Positions 23,837 to 34,500 of a DNA stretch of 64,000 nucleotides are shown here, in pieces. Under the pieces are notes generated by a model. It was not told the DNA's origin. It worked only from the letters and a program-made list of their open reading frames with translations, and made no database searches. Position 1 is the first letter of the stretch. Each line of letters opens with the position of its first letter. This DNA is from Polyangiaceae bacterium (GTDB lineage: Bacteria > Myxococcota_A > Polyangia > Polyangiales > Polyangiaceae), in NCBI GenBank assembly GCA_050287085.1, contig JBNKBE010000007.1, positions 96,001 through 160,000 of the forward strand, in the 5' to 3' direction. Both the position numbers and the translations under genes were made by a program.

Positions 23837-24892
23837 ATGTCTGTGCGTGTTTGTGTCGTTGCTCTTCTCTTCCTCGTGGGGGGCGCTGTCACCGCCTGCA
23901 AGAAGGGCGATGCCACCCAGCGTGGGCCGGCCGTTTCGATCACGTCGAGCGAGGAGCTCAGCCCCGAGTTAGCGGGCAGGGTGCTGGCTCGAGTGGGCGA
24001 AGCCGTCATCACGCTGGGCGACTACGTCACTACCCTCGAGCGCATGGACGGCCTGGAGCGTCTGCGTTATCAGACCGCCGCTCGACGGCAGCTTCTGCTC
24101 CGGGAAATGATCGACGCCGAACTCTTGGCCCAGGAGGCGAGAAGACGAGGGCTCGATCAATTGCCTGAGACGGTGGCGCGATTGGACCAGCTGATGGCGG
24201 ACGAGGTGCGGCGTCAACTGAAGCAGCGTGTTGCGCGTCAAGAGGCGCCCACGGAGCAACAGCTTCGCTCGTACTACGAGACGCATAAGGCGGAATTCAT
24301 GCAGCCCGAGCGCCGCCGGGTTTCGGCGCTGGTGGTCAGCGATCGCGTCAAGGCGGTCCACTTGCTGGCCGAGGCAAAGACCAAGCCCGACGGCTGGTGG
24401 CAGCTTATCCGGGCCCACTCGATCCGACCTTCCCCCCCGACCGTGTCGCGGGACGGAACCACCGCCCGGCCGCCCCTCTACCTGGAGGGAGATCTGGGGC
24501 TGGCGGCTGCGCCTGGAGTCGAGGACGAGGTCAATCCGGAGGTGCCCAGAGCCGTGCGTCAGGTGGCCTTCGAGCTGGCCAAAGTGGGGGACTTTGCGCC
24601 GGAGCCAGTGCAGGTTGGGGATCGCTACTATGCGATCCGACTGATGTCCATTCAGGCCCAGAGGCAGCAACCCTACGAAGAAGTAGTGGGTCGCATTCGA
24701 GGTCGGCTGCTCGAAGCGGCGGTGATGGCCGCCGAAGAGAAGCTGGTTTCTGAGCTTCGTACTCGTTACGAGATCCGTGTGGACGACGAGCGCCTGAATC
24801 AACTCAAGCTGCCCACAGCGACCCCAGCCGCGCCCGCGGACGCTGCAGGTAGGGCAGGAGCTGGGGCCTCTGGCCCAGCCGCGAGACCATGA
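23837..24892 (+). CDS. Lipoprotein peptidyl-prolyl isomerase (PpiC/SurA/PrsA-like)
   Basis: Lipobox VTAC, VLARVG..IT, LLAQEARRRGL, YYETHK.EF..PE, GDLG, degenerate parvulin domain. Confidence 0.8.
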   Translation: MSVRVCVVALLFLVGGAVTACKKGDATQRGPAVSITSSEELSPELAGRVLARVGEAVITLGDYVTTLERMDGLERLRYQTAARRQLLLREMIDAELLAQEARRRGLDQLPETVARLDQLMADEVRRQLKQRVARQEAPTEQQLRSYYETHKAEFMQPERRRVSALVVSDRVKAVHLLAEAKTKPDGWWQLIRAHSIRPSPPTVSRDGTTARPPLYLEGDLGLAAAPGVEDEVNPEVPRAVRQVAFELAKVGDFAPEPVQVGDRYYAIRLMSIQAQRQQPYEEVVGRIRGRLLEAAVMAAEEKLVSELRTRYEIRVDDERLNQLKLPTATPAAPADAAGRAGAGASGPAARP

Positions 24893-25998
24893 GCCACTCC
24901 CTACCGATCGTAGGCGGGCCTCCGGAAGGTGGACCCGGCGACTGGCGCTGGCAGCTGCAACACGCGATCACGACTGCGGACGAGTTGGCCGCGCGTCTGT
25001 CGCTGACCGAAGAGGAGCTTGCGGGAGCCCGACGCGCCGAGGCGGACGGATTTCCGATCTCGCTGACGCCCTATTATCTGTCCCTGATCGATCCTCAGGA
25101 TCCGACGTGTCCCATCCGTCGTCAGGTGGTGCCTCTGGCGGCGGAGGCGACGCCGACCTCCGGCGATCTGGTAGATCCGCTTGGGGAAGAGGCTCACCAG
25201 GTCGCGCCGGAGTTGGTTTCACGTTATCCGGACAGAGCTTTGCTGCTCGCCACCGATCGGTGCTCGGTGTATTGCCGTTTCTGCACACGCAGCCGCATGG
25301 TGGGGGGCGGAGGTGGCGCGCGATCGCTGGCTCGCCTTGCGCCAGCGCTCACCTACCTGCGCGAGCACCCGCAGATCAGGGACGTCATCATCAGCGGTGG
25401 TGATCCTTTGGTCATGGCCACCGCAAGGCTGACGAGCATCGTGGCTGCGGTTCGGAGCATTGGCTCCGTAGAAACGATACGACTGGCGACCCGTGTGCCC
25501 GTAACGTTGCCCCAGCGGATCACCGACGAGTTGCTAGCCGCGCTACGACCTCATCATCCGCTCTGGGTGATGACACATTTCAACCACCCGCGTGAGCTCA
25601 CGGCAGAATCGCGCGCCGCCTGTCGTCGCTTGGTCGATGCGGGGTTTCCCGTCATGAACCAATCGGTCTTGCTGCGCGGAGTCAATGACGACGCTGAGGT
25701 CCTGAGCACGCTCTTTCGGGGCTTGGTGCGGGAGCGAGTGCGTCCCTACTACCTGCTGCAGATGGACCCGGTCAGTGGCACGGGTCATCTGCGCACGCCG
25801 CTGGCTACGGGTGAAGACCTGATGCGACGCCTTCAGGGAAGGCTCAGTGGCATAGCGCTGCCGAAGTTCATTGTCGATACGCCCGGGGGCCATGGCAAAG
25901 TGCCCGCTGGCCCCAGCTTTGTGACCGCTCGAGGCCACGGCTACACGACCTTTCACAGTCCCCATGGGGGCGAGGTGAACTACGTCGACCCCACGTAG
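24889..25998 (+). CDS. KamA-family radical SAM aminomutase (lysine 2,3-aminomutase/EpmB-like)
   Basis: DWRWQL, RYPDR, CSVYCRFCTR, SGGDP, HFNHP.E, NQSVLLRGVND, PYYL, PGGHGK; ATGA-coupled to the PPIase gene. Confidence 0.92.
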   Translation: MSHSLPIVGGPPEGGPGDWRWQLQHAITTADELAARLSLTEEELAGARRAEADGFPISLTPYYLSLIDPQDPTCPIRRQVVPLAAEATPTSGDLVDPLGEEAHQVAPELVSRYPDRALLLATDRCSVYCRFCTRSRMVGGGGGARSLARLAPALTYLREHPQIRDVIISGGDPLVMATARLTSIVAAVRSIGSVETIRLATRVPVTLPQRITDELLAALRPHHPLWVMTHFNHPRELTAESRAACRRLVDAGFPVMNQSVLLRGVNDDAEVLSTLFRGLVRERVRPYYLLQMDPVSGTGHLRTPLATGEDLMRRLQGRLSGIALPKFIVDTPGGHGKVPAGPSFVTARGHGYTTFHSPHGGEVNYVDPT

Positions 25999-26017
25999 CC
26001 GCCCGTCGAGGCGCCGG

Positions 26018-27508
26018 CTACGACGCGGAGCGCAGATCTTGTGACAGTTGATCGGCAGCTCGCGCTGCCAGTGCCATAGCGGTCAGCGTCGGGTTCTTTT
26101 CCGGGCTGGTCGTGAAACACGCGGCGTCGACGACCAGCACGTTGGGCGCGCCATATACGCGGTTGTAGCCATCTACGACACCGAACTCTGAGGACTCATG
26201 CATGCGAGCGCAACCACCGTAGTGTACGGCCGAGCCCGGTGCGACCTGCTCCGGCTCGAGTTCTGTTAGGCTACAGTGATAGCCGGCAGCGTCCATCACG
26301 TCGAATAGCCGCTGCCGTGCGCCCGCGATGAGTTCGTGGGCGGCATCGTTGAAGGTGAGGTCGATGGACGCTCGAGGCAGGCCCTCGGGGTCTTTGTCCT
26401 TGGGGTGCAGCGTGACACGGTCGTTTTCGGTTGGGATCATCGTGCCAAAGACCTGAACGCCGAACGTCTTGGTTGCTGTCGGCAGCAGACCCAACACCTT
26501 CTCTTTCAGGTTGGTAGAGCCGATTGTCCAGGACGTCGCCATCAATGGTTCGGCGGCCTTGTAGTCTCCACGTGTCATGTACGCAGAGGGCTTCAGGCGC
26601 GGGAGTTCCTTGTCCATGGCAAACGCCCACCATTCGCGGGTATGGTCGTGCAGGTAGCGGCCGAGCAGATCGCGATCGTTGCCCAGTCCATTCGGGAAGC
26701 GGCCACACGTTGAATTGAGCAACAAGCGCGTCGAGGCGACGGCGCCCGCCGCAACGACAAACGCCGAAGCTGACAACTCGTGCGTCTGTTTTGTTTGTCG
26801 GTCGCGGTAAACGACGCGCGTTACGCGATTCTTGTCCTCAGACCATTCCAGTCGCTCGACGTGGGCGCCGGTTATCATTTCAAATAGTGGGGATCGGGCG
26901 AGGGGCGCGACGATGCTCGCGTAGCTATTGAAGGCGGTGCCTTGTCTGGTCAGCAACCAAGGCGCGCCATCGGCTAGGGGCAACGTCGTTAGCCCATGAC
27001 CCATGCGAGCGGCAACGACTGCGACCTCGTGCCACGGCTCAGGCAATTCGAGCCGATGATCCGCCCACCCTGCTGGCAGGGTTGGGAAGCTATTGCCGCT
27101 GGCTACGATGCCCATCAGTTTCTCGGTGCGCTCGTAGTAGGGGACCAAGTTCTCGTATTCCAGCGGCCAGACGTACTTGTCGTGCAGACGCCTTCCGTCG
27201 AAGAAGTCTTCTGGCGCGAAGCGCGGCACGGCACCGGTCCAGTTGTTGGACAGGCCCCCCAGCGCCAGGTTCAGAAACCAGGTAGTGCGTGGGTTGGGGG
27301 AAGAATGATAGTCGCGTGCGTCGCTGCCAAAGAAGCCCTCTTCTTTCTTTCGCAACACGTTCTGACCCATCATGCGCAGGAGCAACCCCTTGGGGCCGCG
27401 GGTTCCGGATTCCAGTAGGGTCACGGGAATGCCGTTGCTAATCAGCTGCCACGCGGCCATCGCGCCCGCTGGGCCGCTGCCAATCACCACTACACGTTGA
27501 TCACTCAT
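26018..27508 (-). CDS. GMC-family FAD oxidoreductase
   Basis: VVIGSGPAG, LGGLSNNW, AAGAVASTRLLLNS, GRYLHDH, HYGGCARM, NPTLTAMALA. Confidence 0.9.
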   Translation of the reverse strand: MSDQRVVVIGSGPAGAMAAWQLISNGIPVTLLESGTRGPKGLLLRMMGQNVLRKKEEGFFGSDARDYHSSPNPRTTWFLNLALGGLSNNWTGAVPRFAPEDFFDGRRLHDKYVWPLEYENLVPYYERTEKLMGIVASGNSFPTLPAGWADHRLELPEPWHEVAVVAARMGHGLTTLPLADGAPWLLTRQGTAFNSYASIVAPLARSPLFEMITGAHVERLEWSEDKNRVTRVVYRDRQTKQTHELSASAFVVAAGAVASTRLLLNSTCGRFPNGLGNDRDLLGRYLHDHTREWWAFAMDKELPRLKPSAYMTRGDYKAAEPLMATSWTIGSTNLKEKVLGLLPTATKTFGVQVFGTMIPTENDRVTLHPKDKDPEGLPRASIDLTFNDAAHELIAGARQRLFDVMDAAGYHCSLTELEPEQVAPGSAVHYGGCARMHESSEFGVVDGYNRVYGAPNVLVVDAACFTTSPEKNPTLTAMALAARAADQLSQDLRSAS

Positions 27509-27925
27509 CGGGGCTATCCTTCCGCGTTGTTGGCGTGGCCGATTGCTCGCGACCCGCATCACAAGTGCAACGATGCTCAGTTCGAGTACCAATTCGCCAG
27601 CACAAATCTGAAGCGCGCATCGTTTGCGAGCTACGATCCAGTCTTGCGCATTCCCGGCGCTTCAGGTTGTAACAGCGGGCGTCGCGGCAGTGTTTCAACC
27701 GGTGACACGTGGCGCGTGGTTAACTCCCATGAGCGGGCCAGGAGCTAGGGCACCCGCGCCCCGGGCGTGCGCTGTCAAGGACGGTGAAGGGCGATTGGAG
27801 CTCCCGTTGCCAAGGTAGACTCCAACCTGACTGGATCACGTGCTAATCCTCTCCCGCGTGCCCGGGTGATTCGGCGCGTGCTACGTGGACCGACGGCGGC
27901 CTTCCAGTCTAGTATCCGCGACCGC

Positions 27926-28909
27926 ATGACGCTCACGGAAACCGAGTCCCTGACCAAGCCGACGCTCGCCGGGCATATCCAGATCGCCCGTATCGACCAC
28001 TGGTTCAAGAACGTCTTCATGATACCGGGCGCCGTGGTGGCGCTTGCGGTGGACTACGAGCGAATGCCCGACGGGCTTTGGCTCCGGGCGATCGTCGGAA
28101 CGCTGTCGATCTGCCTGGTGGCGTCCAGCAACTACGTCGTCAACGAGGTCTTGGACGCGCCCACCGACCGGAAACACCCGGTGAAGCGCAACCGTCCTGT
28201 GCCCTCGGGCAAGGTGTCGATCCCACTGGCCTATGTCCAGTGGCTTGCGCTCATGGTGGTCGGTGTAGGTCTTGGATTCTACATCTCCGTACCCTTCGGC
28301 ATGACGGCGCTTGTTCTTTGGATCATGGGGTGCGCCTACAACATTCGGCCCGTCCGCACCAAGGATGTTCCGTATTTGGACGTGCTGTCGGAGGCTGTCA
28401 ACAACCCCCTTCGCATGCTTGCTGGCTGGTACTTGACCTTGGTGCCCTCGGTGGCGCCGGCGTCTCTGCTCTTCAGCTACTGGATGATCGGCTGCTATTT
28501 CATGGCCATCAAGCGCTATGCTGAGTACCGCGAGATCGGGGATGGGGAGCGGGCTGCGGCGTACCGCAAGTCCTTTCGCTTCTACACGGAGGAGCGCCTG
28601 CTCGTGTCGATCATGTTCTATGCGTCCGCGAGCATGTTGTTTCTCGGTAGCTTCGTAATGCGCTACCGGATGGAGCTGATTCTGGCGTTTCCGCTGGTGG
28701 CCCTGGTCATGGCTCTCTATCTCCAGATATCGTTTCGCAAGAACAGTCCAGTCCAGAACCCGGAACATCTCTACCGAGAGCGGGGCTTAATGGCTGCGGT
28801 GACGCTTTGCAGCGCTGCCTGCGTTGCCTTGCTGGTTGTTGATCTTCCCATTGTGGCAAGCGTCTTCAGTCCGACCGCACCCAGTCAGAGCGTCAGGATC
28901 GCGCAGTAG
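27926..28909 (+). CDS. UbiA-family prenyltransferase, polyprenyl-phosphate phosphoribosyltransferase-like
   Basis: R..HW.KN, SSNYVVNEVLD...DRKHPVKRNRPVPSG, KD.PYLDV, KRYAE; multiple TM helices. Confidence 0.85.
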   Translation: MTLTETESLTKPTLAGHIQIARIDHWFKNVFMIPGAVVALAVDYERMPDGLWLRAIVGTLSICLVASSNYVVNEVLDAPTDRKHPVKRNRPVPSGKVSIPLAYVQWLALMVVGVGLGFYISVPFGMTALVLWIMGCAYNIRPVRTKDVPYLDVLSEAVNNPLRMLAGWYLTLVPSVAPASLLFSYWMIGCYFMAIKRYAEYREIGDGERAAAYRKSFRFYTEERLLVSIMFYASASMLFLGSFVMRYRMELILAFPLVALVMALYLQISFRKNSPVQNPEHLYRERGLMAAVTLCSAACVALLVVDLPIVASVFSPTAPSQSVRIAQ

Positions 28910-29048
28910 GCTTCGCGGAGCAGGCCGCTTCGCGAGACAGGTCGCAGGAGCCGGCGCCGGCGGCCGCGGTCCCACGTGTGGCCGCGCCCCAGTACCTTGA
29001 CCCGAAATATTCTCAGCACGTGCGCCGGGCTCGGTCTAGATTGCGGCG

Positions 29049-29672
29049 ATGAGCGACGATGAGAATCCAGTGCTGCTTGGCGACGTGGCACCGCTAATGC
29101 CCGACGCCGTGATCGAGCGGATCGTGAGCTGCGTTCGTTTCGTGCATTCAGCGACCGGTCTGGAGCTGGACGCGAGCCATGAGACACTTCCGATCCTCGA
29201 CTATTACGCGACCAGCGCGCGCGAGCAGACGGAAAGCCGACCCGAGACGCTTCCGCTTCTTAGCGAGGCGATGGGAGCCTATTTTGGACAGGTGTTGGCG
29301 CGGGAGCTGGGGCTGCTATGGCGCGCAAACGACCCAGATCCGAGCACTTGGCTACTGTACGGGCAAGACGTCTTTGTGGCGATCAACCCGATCGGCGTCG
29401 CCTACGACGTGTTGTGTGCGAACAGTCGACATGAGGGTCCTTCCTCGGAGTTGTTGCTCGCGCGCGACGAGCGTGAGTTGATAGCGGCGCGCTTGGCGGC
29501 GCTCCCTGATGTGGCAGAGGATCAGTTCTTCACTTTTGCCAGTCGCTTCGACGTGCTCCACATTGTGGTGGAGGCGCTCCGCGGCCTATTGCTTCCCGGT
29601 GCGGGAGACATGTCCTACGAATGGGGGGACTATGAAGACGAGTTGGTACGACAGGGTCGATTGACGCACTGA
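29049..29672 (+). CDS. Hypothetical cytoplasmic protein
   Basis: 207-aa acidic ORF with an LD.S.E.L..LD...GAYFG.V...W pattern. Confidence 0.65.
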   Translation: MSDDENPVLLGDVAPLMPDAVIERIVSCVRFVHSATGLELDASHETLPILDYYATSAREQTESRPETLPLLSEAMGAYFGQVLARELGLLWRANDPDPSTWLLYGQDVFVAINPIGVAYDVLCANSRHEGPSSELLLARDERELIAARLAALPDVAEDQFFTFASRFDVLHIVVEALRGLLLPGAGDMSYEWGDYEDELVRQGRLTH

Positions 29673-29686
29673 GAGCGATTGCGTCG

Positions 29687-31117
29687 ATGGAAACTACGGG
29701 ACAAGGCATGGCGTGCGCGGATCGTGCAGCCGCTTCGGGCGGCGAGAGGGCAGTGAAGGCTTGGCTCAGGCGTGCGGTCGTCCTGCCGCTGCTTCTGAGC
29801 AGCGCGGTCGCGGGCCCGGCAAACGCGCGGGCTGCTGGTCGCCTGTATGGCAGCGGGGGGGGACTGCCCAGCTCCACCAGCGACTCCGAGCTTCGGCTTC
29901 GAAGCGCCGATATCGTGTTGGTTGCTCACGAGGACCACTGGGAGGTCGAGGGTCAATACGCCTTTGTCAACATGAGCTCGAGGACGCAGGCAGTGACGCT
30001 CGGATTTCCGGAGTTGCAGTGTCCGCATGAGGCTCAATGCAGCCATGAGCCTTGGCAACACGTTGAGTTCCAGGTTGCTGGGCATCCCACCCGAGCGAGG
30101 CCGGGCGCCGCCGGTGCGCTCGCAGGCTGGCCGGGGTATTCCGGCATCTTGTGGTCATTGGCTGCCGCTTTGGAGCCGGCTTCGGAGATTCGGATTCACC
30201 AGCGCTACGAGAGCGCCGGGGGCCGCAGCGATGTCGGTCCTACGACTCTGTTTGCATTTGCGGGCCGGGGTCGTAGGGGCGCCGCGGCGGACTGGGTACG
30301 CGTTACCGTTCGGATGCCCTCGGCGACCCACACGGTTTATGCTGAAGCCCCCGCAGCACTGAAGACGTCTGGACCGCTGCGAAGCGCTAGCGGTGTAGAG
30401 TTGGTGCTCTTGGCCCGCGACTGGAAGCCGGAAGGCAAGCTGACGCTACAATACGACGCGAGCGCGCATTGGGCGCCGGAGCGGCGCGGCGTTGACCCGG
30501 AGAGTCCCGCGGCGGCGGGCGAGCTGCCGTTTTCTTGGGGACCCTGTACAGATCCTGGCGCGGACCGCGACGCCTTGCGCTTCTGCATCCAGATGCTCTA
30601 CGCGGGCCACGGCTACCCATTTCGATCGGAACGCCTGCGCCGCTTCTTCTACTCGGGTGCCTCGGGTTTCCGTCGCGAGCTCGACGTTGAGGAGCGCGAG
30701 CGCTGGGTGCGTGATCTCGCGCCGCTTGAGGACTTCAGTGCGAGTCGTTTCGAAGCTCATGAGCGCCAACAGCTGGGGCGTTTAACCCAGGCGCTGGCGC
30801 TTGCCTCCGAGCGGGTCGCGTCGTCTGAGGGGCGTCCGTTTCCGGTGGTCGATGAACCTTTGGTCAGCGTCGGTGATGATCACGCTGCCGCCGGGGCCGC
30901 GGGCGATCCATCGCCGATCGCGCCTCCTTCTACAACGTCTTCTGCGCCGGCGGAGCTGAGCCAAGGGGGCAGCGGACAGTCCAGTGGGCGAGCCGCCCCC
31001 GAGACCTTTCTCGGCTGCCAGGCTTCCGCTGGCGGTTCAACCACGGCCGCCGGCGGGTGGCTGGCACTGCTTCTGTTGGCGCGTCGACGGCGACGCCGCG
31101 TGTCCTCTGGTTCCTAG
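29687..31117 (+). CDS. Secreted protein: DUF4424-like N-domain, YARHG-like domain, MYXO-CTERM
   Basis: Signal peptide, YAGHGYPFRSERLRRFF (YARHG-like), Ser/Pro linker, tail GCQASAGGSTTAAGGWLALLLLARRRRRR. Confidence 0.75.
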   Translation: METTGQGMACADRAAASGGERAVKAWLRRAVVLPLLLSSAVAGPANARAAGRLYGSGGGLPSSTSDSELRLRSADIVLVAHEDHWEVEGQYAFVNMSSRTQAVTLGFPELQCPHEAQCSHEPWQHVEFQVAGHPTRARPGAAGALAGWPGYSGILWSLAAALEPASEIRIHQRYESAGGRSDVGPTTLFAFAGRGRRGAAADWVRVTVRMPSATHTVYAEAPAALKTSGPLRSASGVELVLLARDWKPEGKLTLQYDASAHWAPERRGVDPESPAAAGELPFSWGPCTDPGADRDALRFCIQMLYAGHGYPFRSERLRRFFYSGASGFRRELDVEERERWVRDLAPLEDFSASRFEAHERQQLGRLTQALALASERVASSEGRPFPVVDEPLVSVGDDHAAAGAAGDPSPIAPPSTTSSAPAELSQGGSGQSSGRAAPETFLGCQASAGGSTTAAGGWLALLLLARRRRRRVSSGS

Positions 31118-31511
31118 GACTCCTCGGCCACTGCGAGCGAGTACCCTGTGCGCTTTCCCGCGGCTCAAGCGGGACCGGGAATGGTCGGCTGGTGAGCGGA
31201 TAGGGGGGTCTCCTGTTGCAGCTCTGTGATGTCGATGCGCTGTCGCTAGAACGCACGGGGGTCGAACTTTTCAACCACTGCTACGTGCAACGCTCTCTGA
31301 TAGCTTCGCACTCCAAGGACTGGCCGGCGATGTTGCTGCCGTCCGTTTCAGCGCGCTTCTAACGATCACGACCTGTTGAGGCAGGCAGGCCCCTTGTGGC
31401 CTGCACGCAACGGAGGTGGCCTAGCATTTCGATGCGGGTGCGTGGTCGACGCGTCGTGCTCTCATCGATCATCGAGCTTGCACCCACGGTCATCAATCAG
31501 GGGATACACAG

Positions 31512-34500
31512 ATGTTTGAACAATGGCTACGTCACGTTGGGCGTTATGCGACGCTCTGGACCCTAGTGTTGGGCGTCCTGCTTTCGGGCTCGATGGGCTG
31601 CAAGGAGTTGGACGACTCGGAGGCCAAAGGCCAAGTCGTGTTGGCACTTCAGGGGGACATGTCCTTTCCGGAAGACGTGGATGCCGTCGCTGTCTACGCG
31701 TGGCTGGACGGTGACCTAGCCTTCGAGAGGACCTATCGGGTTGCGCCGTCGGGTCCGGCGAAGCTGCCCGCGCTCGTGCACCTAGGAGAGGGTTATGCCA
31801 GTGGAACGCCGCTTGTGGTGCGCGTCTACGGCCTGTCCGAGGGACACCCCATCGTCGTAGCCAAGGCAGAAACCTCAGTGCCCGAAGACCGCGAGGCGCT
31901 TCTAGCCTTGAGCTTGCACTGGTTGTGCCGCGAAGATCTGGGCGAGGGCGAGCTTTCAGAGCTGGATGGGCGCTGTGGTGGCGCCAAGACCTGCAGCGCC
32001 GGCGCTTGTGTCAGCAGCAAGATGCCTGCTGAGGACTTGCCGGACTACGAGTCCAAGCTTGTCTACGGCGCTGAGGGCCCCGATGATCCGCGGGCACAGT
32101 GCTTTCCAACGGCCGCTTGCTTTGACCTGGGCGAGCCACTCAGCGCGGATGAAGATTGTGTGGTGACGTTATTTGTGCCCGAAGGGCGCGAGCCCAACTT
32201 CGGTTTGCGCATGGCCGAAGGTGAAGGGGGGATCGAAGGCGATTCCGGTCGTTACATCGCACTCGACGAAGGATCGAGTGGTTGGGCGCTAGTGGTGGAA
32301 CGTGACGTCGAAGGTGGGACGGAGGTCAAGGCGCGCCTGCCGCAAGCGGCTTGTGCCGAGCTCGACGAGGGTACCGTAGCGGACGTATTGGGTACCGTCG
32401 CTTGCCCGACCAAGGTGGCGGCGCTGCCAACATGTGGTCCCTGGTCGATCATCGAAGGGGAAGTTGTTGCGGTCGTGCTTCATTCAGAGCCCGAGCGTGA
32501 CGCGGGCGCGCAGACCGAGTCAGACAGTGGTTCACCGGACAATGGTTCACCGGACTCGGGCGCCGACTCGCCGACGCTCGAGATTGTACTGGCATCTGGG
32601 GAGACGCTTGGTCCGGTGGCCCTCAATGCGACCCTGGCGCTCGAAGTTGATGGCGTTGACGTCGAGGAGGCGACGTGGAGTTCGAGCAACGAGGATGTTG
32701 CCACGGTTGAAGATGGCGTTATCACGACCCACGCACTCGGCGAAGCGACCATTCGCGTGGAGTTTGGTGGCCAGTGGGGAGAGATCGTGATCACGGTTGC
32801 AGAGAGCGGTCTGGGCACGACCCTCAGCGCTCATCTGGTTGCGCTGCGCTTGGAGGTGGAAGGGGCTGAGCTGCCCGAGTCGCTGATCGTCAACGAAGAG
32901 CTGGAGGTGCTGGCGGTCGGTACCTACTCCAACGGAGTTGAACGCGAGCTAACGGACGACGTTACTTGGGCGGCGACACCAGCCGGCTTGATCGAGATCG
33001 TCGAACCTGGCGTCCTGTTGGCGCGCTCTGTGGGGCTTGTTGAGGTGACGGCATCCCGGGAAGGGATCTCGGTCGGCACTGAGATACTCGTGGTCGCCCC
33101 GATGGCGGGCGGGGGGGATTCTGACGCCTCCGCTCCTCCCGTTGCCGCGCCGCAACGCTTGACTCTGTCGGCGGCACCCGAGCCTCTGTGGCCGGGGCAG
33201 AGCTTCGCCTTTGTCGCAACGCTCATCTACGACGACAACTCGGTGGCGGTGTCTCCAGCCGGCGTGCAGTGGCAGAGTGCCGATCCCAGCGTGGCGCTTG
33301 TGTCCGGGACGGGTGTGGTCACGGGCGTAGCCGCTGGCACGACCTTCGTGACTGCGACTCTCGGTGCGGTCAGCGTGTCCAAAGCGGTTGCTGTGACGTT
33401 GCCCGAGCTCGTGACGTTGACTGTGGATCCGCTCGAACCCCTGGCCCTACACGCCTTTGAGCAACTGAAAGCCACGGGGCAATACGCTGACGGTTCGCAG
33501 GCCGAGCTCTCTGACTCAGTGGTGTGGAGCAGCAGCGACGAGTCGATCGTGCGGGTCAGTTCCGGGGGCCTATTGTCGGCATTGGGACCGGGTAGCGCGC
33601 AAGTGGCGGCCGCTGTTGGTGGCTTATCAGCAACTCTAGACGTGACCGTGGTCACGATCGATGCTCTGACGCTGAGCGTTCAACCCGTGGCACCGACCCC
33701 AGTGGGCCGACAGGTGCAGCTGTCGGCTGTGGCGAATGCCAACCAAGGGGCGCCGGTGGACGTCACGGGCCAAACGACTTGGATCTCTTCGGACTCGAGC
33801 GTTGTTCAAGTCAGCGCTGACGGTCTCGCCACCGCCAAGGGCGAGGGCACCACGACCGTGACGGCGAGCTATGAAGGTGTGATCGCTGAGCTCGAGTTCA
33901 CCGCACTAGCGGCGGTAGCCGAACAACTGGTGGTCACCCCGAGCAGCGCCAAGGTCGGAGTTGGAACGAGCTACGCCCTTAGCGCTACGCTTCGCTTCTC
34001 CGACGGTTCAACCGAGCCTGTTGGAGCCAGCGCGACCTGGAGTTCGAGCGATAGTTCCATCGTTACGGTGGGTAGCACGGGAGTTGTGTCGGGGGTCTTC
34101 GCGGGCACCGCAACTGTGACGGCGAGCGTTGGAGACCTGCGGGCGAGTTCGGCTGTGACCGTTGAGAACGTGGTGCCTGACGAGCCCAAGCCGGACCTTC
34201 AGATCGTGCCCTACGGGGACGGGGGTCTCGGACGCCAAGGCGAGGTGACGGCATTTGTCCTGGTGCCGGCTCGCTCAGATCAAAGCGTCCCGATCCCGGA
34301 CTACCCATCGGATTCAGACTCGCAGCGAAGGCTGGCCGCGGCTATCGTTCCTATTGACTTCAGCTACACCCAGGCGGCCGAATGGTCCGTCAACGGAGGT
34401 AGCGTCGCTCTCGATGGGCCGGCCTACGTACACCACACTGCTGCCCGCGTGGTGGTCACCGCGGTCTACGAAGGATTCGAATACCGCTACGCGTTCGATT

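Noticed and set aside
17995..31511. parS (TGTTCCACGTGGAACA-like) or dif sites near the putative origin
   Set aside because: No convincing match was seen by eye; a degenerate site could have been missed.
27509..31511. tRNA, riboswitch or sigma54 promoters in the larger intergenic gaps (27509-27925, 31118-31511)
   Set aside because: No cloverleaf or T-loop signature, and the GG-N10-GC candidates had the wrong spacing.
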